Assembly (NCBI GenBank): GCA_033764315.1
Contig: JANRJA010000060.1
Coordinates: 1-12,182, forward strand
Direction of reading: 5' to 3'
Source: Oculatellaceae cyanobacterium bins.114
Lineage (GTDB): Bacteria; Cyanobacteriota; Cyanobacteriia; Elainellales; Elainellaceae
Length of the DNA: 12,182 nucleotides
Each line of letters starts with the position of its first letter. The stretch's first letter is position 1. The notes under the pieces were generated by a model. That model did no database searches and was not told where the DNA came from. It saw only the letters and a list, made by a program, of their open reading frames with translations. Positions 7,028 to 12,182 of this stretch are shown here, in pieces. Position numbers and translations under genes: made by a program.

Positions 7028-7125
7028 GGTTGGGGTGAAGCATGAAACCCAATATCTGCGTGGGTTGTGCGATCGCCAACCCATCCTACAAATAATTGTG
7101 CTTTCCTGTTGTGCTTTCCTACTTA
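7026..7125. mobile_element. REP doublet fused to an IS630-like terminal repeat
   Basis: TAGGTTGGGGTGAAGCATGAAACCCAA and the inverted TGGGTTGTGCGATCGCCAACCCATCCTAC. Then TAATT-GTGCTTTC-CTACTTA once the duplicated TTGTGCTTTCCT unit (7096-7107, 7109-7120) is collapsed; same TAATT-N8-CTACTTA pattern as the IS end at 121-140. Confidence 0.6.
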
Positions 7126-7247
7126 GCACAACTCGTCGTAAATAGGGGTGAGAATTTGGGGTGCAGGGGTTTCACCCCTGGCTGGAGGCGCAGCCCCCAC
7201 ACCCCTTGGTTCTATGTCCGAACCCTATCTGTGAAAAGCAGTCCTTA
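7123..7247. mobile_element. ~125-bp MITE-like element with branched GC-rich core
   Basis: Imperfect TIRs TTAGCACAACTCGTCGTAAATAGGG and CCCTATCTGTGAAAAGCAGTCCTTA. Core GGGGTG-[CAGGGGT TTC ACCCCTG]-[TGGAGGC GCA GCCCCCA]-CACCCC forms a three-way junction. Confidence 0.55.
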
Positions 7248-7358
7248 GTGATTAGCTTAATGATTAGCTCCGAATTGATTCGAGAGCAAGTTGTTGAGTA
7301 AAAATGCAAGATTTCAATAGCTCTAAAAACGAGAATAAGCAGAGTCAATAGTCACAAT

Positions 7359-7397
7359 TGATTATGACTGATGATTATGACTGATGATTCTGATTGA
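7359..7397. repeat. 13-bp short tandem repeat x3
   Basis: TGATTATGACTGA TGATTATGACTGA TGATTCTGATTGA. Confidence 0.75.
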
Positions 7398-7536
7398 GTA
7401 ACTTGAGAGTGATGGGTTGAGATAAGAAGCTGTGTCTTTAGAGAGGGGCTTTGTTAAAAAAGTTAGTTTACGGTTGAAAGATTATAAAAACATTGATCTT
7501 TCAGTCGCTTGTAAAATGAAGCTGAGGCAATGACCG

Positions 7537-8082
7537 ATGAATGTAGATGAACTTATCCAACGGTATGAAGCTGGAGAGCGTGATTTTAGTGTTGCTAATT
7601 TGACAGAAGCAGAATTAGAAGGGGTTGATTTAAACGGCGCAGTATTGCATGGAGCCACATTGGATGGAGCCAATTTGCGGTATGCAAAGCTGAGGGAAGT
7701 TGACCTGAGTGGAGCTGACTTAAATGGGGCTGATCTGACCCAGGCTGACTTGAGTGGAGCTGATTTGAGCGATGCGATTTTAGATGGTGCTATTTTAGAA
7801 GGCGCGATTCTTGATAGAGCCGTGTTAGGTCAGGCAAACCTGCAATTGGCAAATTTAGTGCAAGCTAATTTGAATCAAGCCGATCTAGCACAGGCTGACA
7901 TGCAAGGTGCCAATTTAGAATCGGCTGATCTGAGTGGGGCAAACCTGGCGATCGCTGACCTCCATCAAGCTAATCTCAATCAGGCAGCATTAGAAGGAGC
8001 CAATTTGGGTGGAGCTAATTTGGAAGATGCTAATTTAGAAGGCACTTTGTTAGAGGGGGGAGATAGTCATCTGGCAACTTAA
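7537..8082 (+). CDS. Pentapeptide repeat protein
   Basis: Cyanobacterial-type N-cap MNVDELIQRYEAGERDF followed by about 30 A(D/N)Lxx repeats. Confidence 0.96.
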   Translation: MNVDELIQRYEAGERDFSVANLTEAELEGVDLNGAVLHGATLDGANLRYAKLREVDLSGADLNGADLTQADLSGADLSDAILDGAILEGAILDRAVLGQANLQLANLVQANLNQADLAQADMQGANLESADLSGANLAIADLHQANLNQAALEGANLGGANLEDANLEGTLLEGGDSHLAT

Positions 8083-8273
8083 GGGGTCTACCCCTGCATC
8101 CCGTACTTCACCAAGTAGTGTGATGCTACAAAATGCATTTTGGCTTCGCTCAACGCTTAAACTTCTTCTGTTAGGTGGGTTGAGCCAAGGCAACCCCCAA
8201 ATCTCTAGCCAGATTCATTACATCCTTTCACTGATATGGCAAATTTTATTGAGGATGCACTAGGCTCGCCACT

Positions 8274-8289
8274 TGTAACTTGTAATACA
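8274..8289. promoter_or_regulatory. Candidate NtcA-binding site
   Basis: TGTA-ACTTGTAA-TACA matches TGTA-N8-TACA exactly. No TAN3T box at the canonical ~22-nt distance. Confidence 0.35.
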
Positions 8290-8843
8290 AAATAGCTGCT
8301 GCAACACTTCTTTGAAAGGTTTGTCAGATTACCATTTGTGCAATAGATCGCACTAGAAGGCTATCTGTTATAAGCTTATGAGCTTTTAAATGGCAGATTG
8401 GCACTTCAAGAAGGAACTTTTACGCATGGTTTAGCATCAACATACCCAAAATAATTATTTTTTTTAGGATAGATATCTAGCAAGTTTATTCCTCAAGGTT
8501 TATGAAATCTTATAGAAGAATGCGAATGACTATTTTGGCATCTCCTAGGGGCAGTGACTTTTAGGTAGGGCTGTTGATAAAACTTTTTTATCTAAGTTCT
8601 CTTAAACAAAATATCTATATTTACGCTAGTAAATACATTCAGATAGCTATAGTGTCATAGCAAGAAGGTGAGTTATAGTCACACCAACCCCCTTCTAGAC
8701 ACTGTAAACGAGGTTTAAACTTTACAATTGTTCATGTATCAAAAGATATAATCTGGGTTTCAGTCATCTTCCTTTAGGATGGAATTCTCCCCTGTCAGGA
8801 ATTAGATGATAAAAGGGCGTTTTCTATTCTGTTGAGATGACAT

Positions 8844-9074
8844 ATGCAGAGTCGAGTTATGAAGCAAACACAATCATCTGATCAACCTATGTTCTTTACG
8901 GTCTATGCCTCTGCCAATTGCCTTGAGTTGTGTGCAGGATGCGAAGACCGTTCAGATTGGGTTGCTATCCATACCTCTAAATCCTACGAGATGGCTTATG
9001 AGTTTGCTCAAAATGCAGCTAAACATCGAGGGATTGAGTTTAGAGATTGCTCTAATGAGTACACAAATTGGTAA
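8844..9074 (+). CDS. Small hypothetical protein with CX3CX2C motif
   Basis: 76-aa ORF at the end of a long AT-rich spacer, with TATAAT at 8747-8752 upstream and a hairpin after the stop. Contains CLELCAGC. Start is uncertain (8844, 8859 or 8889). Confidence 0.55.
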   Translation: MQSRVMKQTQSSDQPMFFTVYASANCLELCAGCEDRSDWVAIHTSKSYEMAYEFAQNAAKHRGIEFRDCSNEYTNW

Positions 9075-9118
9075 AGACCCACGTTTCAGTCCATTGAAAT
9101 GGACTTCTGCGGGCTTCT
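9073..9118. terminator. Hairpin between convergent genes (REP-like or bidirectional terminator)
   Basis: Core AGTCCATT-GA-AATGGACT (9088-9105), extended by imperfect outer arms AAGACCCAC / GCGGGCTT. Confidence 0.5.
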
Positions 9119-9148
9119 AATTGAGCGATCGCCCGATCGGTTTTCTAT

Positions 9149-11440
9149 CTAGCTCAAATCGGTTTTAATGGATTGAGCAACGCAACTATTGTGATTTTCA
9201 ACATTATAGTTTTTAGCATTTCTGACAGCAGTAATCCGACTAGAGGCATTACGGCTGAACGCTTGCTTAAACTCCTCAACATTACATTGGCTAGGATTAG
9301 GCGTCTGTTGCTCAATAAACTCCTTAGATGTGGTAGCCAGTTCCCAGCCAAGCGGGAGTTTGATTTGCTTCGCTTGATTGACCTTCTGTAGCATCAAAGT
9401 TCTAAAATTAAGCTTAAAGGGGTCAGTGATACCGTCGTTGAGAGTATAAGTTGACAACTCAATAGCACTAGAACTGCGGGCTCCACGAGCACTAAACAAA
9501 ACGCGGATGGGCGACAAAATCTCATTTAGCCCTGAAGACTTTAACGGTTGAATAGAACCGTCTCCTGGCTGATCAACAATGGCTAGATAAATGAGCTTGA
9601 AGGTTTTGCCGTTTCCTTCTATTTTCTGTAAAGTTCGACCAATATCGATAGATGTGGGGATGCCTGAATTATCAAAATAGCCCCCGTCTGCTAATCGAGA
9701 TTTGCTGCCATCGTTGCTGTGTTTATACCACCCCACTGGCGTTACGAACGGAAATCTGGCACTTAGTCCTGCTGCTGTACTCAGCCTTAAATCTAGATTA
9801 CTTTCGTCCAGGGCGATGTTCTCTCCGGTTGGCAACTCAATTTTAAAGGGACTAATGACTAGGCGTTTACCGCTTTCAACCACCGTGGTATTGAGCACTA
9901 AGGCAGGGGCAATGCCGTTGGGTTGCCAATGTTGATAAAAAGATCGCTTGAAGGGGTTTTCACGATTAGTATTGGGCAGATTGTTCCAGGCATTTTCAAA
10001 AGCAACTTCTAGTCCACTGGCTCTATCCCAATCATAGATAGAGAATGGAATAAATCTTTGAACTAAGTCAGGAAATAAGCCAAATGTGAGTAAAGGAGAG
10101 AGCAGATCTTGCTCAAAAATCTGACTTGCTCTTCTACTCAAAATCTGGTTATTACCATCACTTTCTTTAATTAAACTTGCGAAGGTCGATGCCCCAAGAC
10201 TGCCGCCAGAAACACCACTGATTGCAAAAATATGTTGAGGAAAGCTCGGAAAATATTCAGTTAATTTGGCAAACGCTGTTGCTGCATGGTAAGCCGCAAA
10301 AATCCCACCACCTTGCGCTGAGGCAATATAGACAGGATAGGGTTTACCTGAATATTGATCTCGGTCGGGTCGGCTTGCTAGCCATTGCTTAAAACTATTT
10401 TCTAAAGAGAGAATTGGGGGATTTTGCGAATTTATACTTTGTCGGAATTGATGGTTATCGTTGAAGTTAAAGACACTTGAAAGAATAACTAGACCAATCA
10501 AGATTGTCAGGGCTGGAATTCTATTGCGTAGTGCCCAAGTATAAATAGTTGAAAAAACAACTACAAGAATCGTAAATGAAACAGCGACTACACCGATCGC
10601 TCCCACCAGGTTGGGGATGCCAGTAGGAGGTAAAATCAAAACAAAGATGATAGATGTTACTAGTGAAATAATGAACCAACGGATAATGGTTTTGTCTAAT
10701 GTTGGATCATAGTCTGGATCTAACTTCTGTTTGATATGCCACGAATAAAGGATGGCATTTAGTAATGCGGAAAAAAGAAGAATGGTGATGATTCCCAAAG
10801 AAAATTTTGAGTTTGTGGCAGCTGCAACCAGAGGCAACGAAAAGGCACTAAAGACAATGTAAGCAGAATTGGCGAGTCCAATTTCAACCTTGGGGTCAAA
10901 TAAACCTGTCCCTTGAGATTTAGAGCCTAGAAATAATTGATTAAATAAAACAGTACGGGTAATAAATAGGAGTAAGATCAAACCCCCAACAATTAAACTT
11001 GAAGTCATCCAAGTCATTAAGAATGCTTTAACGGCTACGTTGATAGATTGCTTCCAGGCTTCAAAAATACCGAAACTCAATCCAAGCATTGGGGCAATTC
11101 CTAGACTTCTTGGTGCCCAAGTGGCTAAGAAATTTTGACACTTATTTTTTGGGCAATTGTTATATTCTTCTAGGACTAGAAAACGAGAAGTATACCAAAT
11201 AAAAATGGTTAATATAGCAACAAAAACCGTTGTTACGCACGCCTGATAGAGGTTGTTGTCTAAGGCAATTGAGCGATAAACCTCGATGGCTTGCTCAACC
11301 TGACTAAAAACGAGCCATGCAGCCAAGGCGATCGCTGTCTGGACTCTTAAATAAATCAGACATTGAAAGAGTGGCTTGATCCATTGCTCTATAAAATGAG
11401 CGGTTCTCTGAATGAGCTTGTCAAAATTGGATGCTTGCAT
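9149..11440 (-). CDS. Membrane-anchored patatin-like phospholipase
   Basis: The N-terminal ~325 aa have many hydrophobic TM-like segments. The C-terminal domain has an oxyanion loop (ASAQGGGIFAA), nucleophile elbow GxSxG (ISGVSGGSLG), LNTT, SARFP and catalytic Asp motif DGGYFDNSG. Confidence 0.88.
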   Translation of the reverse strand: MQASNFDKLIQRTAHFIEQWIKPLFQCLIYLRVQTAIALAAWLVFSQVEQAIEVYRSIALDNNLYQACVTTVFVAILTIFIWYTSRFLVLEEYNNCPKNKCQNFLATWAPRSLGIAPMLGLSFGIFEAWKQSINVAVKAFLMTWMTSSLIVGGLILLLFITRTVLFNQLFLGSKSQGTGLFDPKVEIGLANSAYIVFSAFSLPLVAAATNSKFSLGIITILLFSALLNAILYSWHIKQKLDPDYDPTLDKTIIRWFIISLVTSIIFVLILPPTGIPNLVGAIGVVAVSFTILVVVFSTIYTWALRNRIPALTILIGLVILSSVFNFNDNHQFRQSINSQNPPILSLENSFKQWLASRPDRDQYSGKPYPVYIASAQGGGIFAAYHAATAFAKLTEYFPSFPQHIFAISGVSGGSLGASTFASLIKESDGNNQILSRRASQIFEQDLLSPLLTFGLFPDLVQRFIPFSIYDWDRASGLEVAFENAWNNLPNTNRENPFKRSFYQHWQPNGIAPALVLNTTVVESGKRLVISPFKIELPTGENIALDESNLDLRLSTAAGLSARFPFVTPVGWYKHSNDGSKSRLADGGYFDNSGIPTSIDIGRTLQKIEGNGKTFKLIYLAIVDQPGDGSIQPLKSSGLNEILSPIRVLFSARGARSSSAIELSTYTLNDGITDPFKLNFRTLMLQKVNQAKQIKLPLGWELATTSKEFIEQQTPNPSQCNVEEFKQAFSRNASSRITAVRNAKNYNVENHNSCVAQSIKTDLS

Positions 11441-11818
11441 GGTTTTACCTTATGAATGCTTCAAGAGCTTGTCACGCGATCGCTCTTACACCTTTTACAG
11501 CAATTTTCATTTGTGGATGCTATAGCGTTCTTTTACGTCGCCTAAATGTATAGGCATTTATTGTGTGACACTCGCCCAAAAACCGCTGTAAGTTAGTCAG
11601 GCTTGAGTTCACCCATTTACAGCCTTAGAATGAACCCTGCTTTAGAATCTCCTGGGTAGAGGATAAGATCGGCTGATTCAGTATAATCACCCGCTACTGG
11701 AGGTCACAGATTGCTTAAATTTTATTCATCCTTTCGTTGTAGATCTCGGTAGGGTCTGCTTTCAGCTTTGTCTAAGAAGGGGTCTGACCCATCACGAGAT
11801 TTGATTTGAGTGTGTTTA

Positions 11819-12070
11819 TATAGCAATCCTATTTGATTTGTGAAAAAGCTTAGGAGTAGGGTCATTCGTCAATTGTCCTTAGCCTCAATCAATGACGCGA
11901 TATACAATTTAGGGGTTTAGATCCCTTAGGGGTTTAGATCCCCGGCTTTTTGTTGGGGTTGGCTGAAAGGTGCCTGGTTACATCCCTAGAAACCGGAGAT
12001 CTGGAATAGTCGCGACTAGGGTCAATGACCCATGACAGGGCAATTTTTCAAATGATTTAGAGCTGTTATA
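11819..12070. mobile_element. ~250-bp TA-flanked MITE (same TIR family as 6935-7027) carrying nested palindromic repeats
   Basis: Left TATAGCAATCCTATTTGATTTGTGAAA; right TTTTCAAATGATTTAGAGCTGTTATA. Inside: REP-like GTAGGGTCATTCGTCAATTGTCCTTAG (11856-11882), TTAGGGGTTTAGATCCC x2 (11909-11942), inverted pair AGATCCCCGGCTT / AAACCGGAGATCT (11936-12002), TAGTCGCGACTA (12007-12018). Confidence 0.75.
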
Positions 12071-12182
12071 TAGCAGTCCTAAATCATTTGTGAGATGGGC
12101 GGGTTGTGAGAGGCGGCCCCCCGGGGGGGGCGCCGCAAACCACCCCCATGGTAATGGGATAGATCTAAAAAGTCGAAAAAAA
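12069..12182. mobile_element. Left part of a third element of the same TIR family, sharing a TA with the previous one
   Basis: TATAGCAGTCCTAAATCATTTG (12069-12090) is identical to 6935-6956, followed by GTTGTGAGA and a GC hairpin related to the 6969-7009 core. No right TIR visible within the window. Confidence 0.75.

Larger units (their letters stand above)
884..11483. repeat. Dispersed HIP1 octamers GCGATCGC (about 16 copies)
   Basis: Seen near 884, 1720, 2072, 2792, 3321, 4734, 5112, 5404, 5832, 6314, 6721, 7069, 7948, 9125, 11328 and 11476. Well under one copy is expected by chance in 12 kb; this is a cyanobacterial hallmark. Confidence 0.9.

Noticed and set aside
8844..9074. Radical SAM enzyme or pseudogene
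   Set aside because: Too short, no barrel sequence continues downstream, and the motif lacks the usual aromatic residue.
4912..9935. Other small ORFs (4912, 5590, 5689, 5975, 6012, 7482, 8905, 9154, 9173, 9652, 9702)
   Set aside because: Overlap better-supported CDSs in other frames or strands and lack motifs.
9149..11440. CBASS CapV-type effector
   Set aside because: No CD-NTase or cap genes in the window, and the multi-TM architecture differs from soluble CapV.
11441..11818. Possible ncRNA or gene remnant upstream of the patatin gene
   Set aside because: No recognisable RNA family, strong structure or ORF seen by eye.

Overview
Cyanobacterial DNA: about 16 HIP1 GCGATCGC octamers counted by eye, a pentapeptide-repeat gene and cyanobacterial-type repeats. 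Left to right: 3' end of an IS630-like transposase with its right end; a small Gly/His/Met repeat protein; a COQ4-like gene divergent from a PadR/AphA regulator that is translationally coupled to a UbiH/COQ6-like FAD monooxygenase, with three 18-bp palindromic operators between them; a CrgA/DmlR-type LysR; a MITE with IS50/Tn5-like ends; a GT4-like glycosyltransferase divergent from a small hypothetical gene; a GNAT acetyltransferase; three abutting miniature elements; a pentapeptide-repeat protein; a 76-aa ORF with CX3CX2C; a multi-TM patatin-like phospholipase; and two more TA-flanked MITEs. The best candidate for an undescribed system is the PadR-regulated COQ4-like + flavin hydroxylase module, in a lineage that makes plastoquinone rather than ubiquinone. 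All family calls come from motif recognition by eye; no searches were run.
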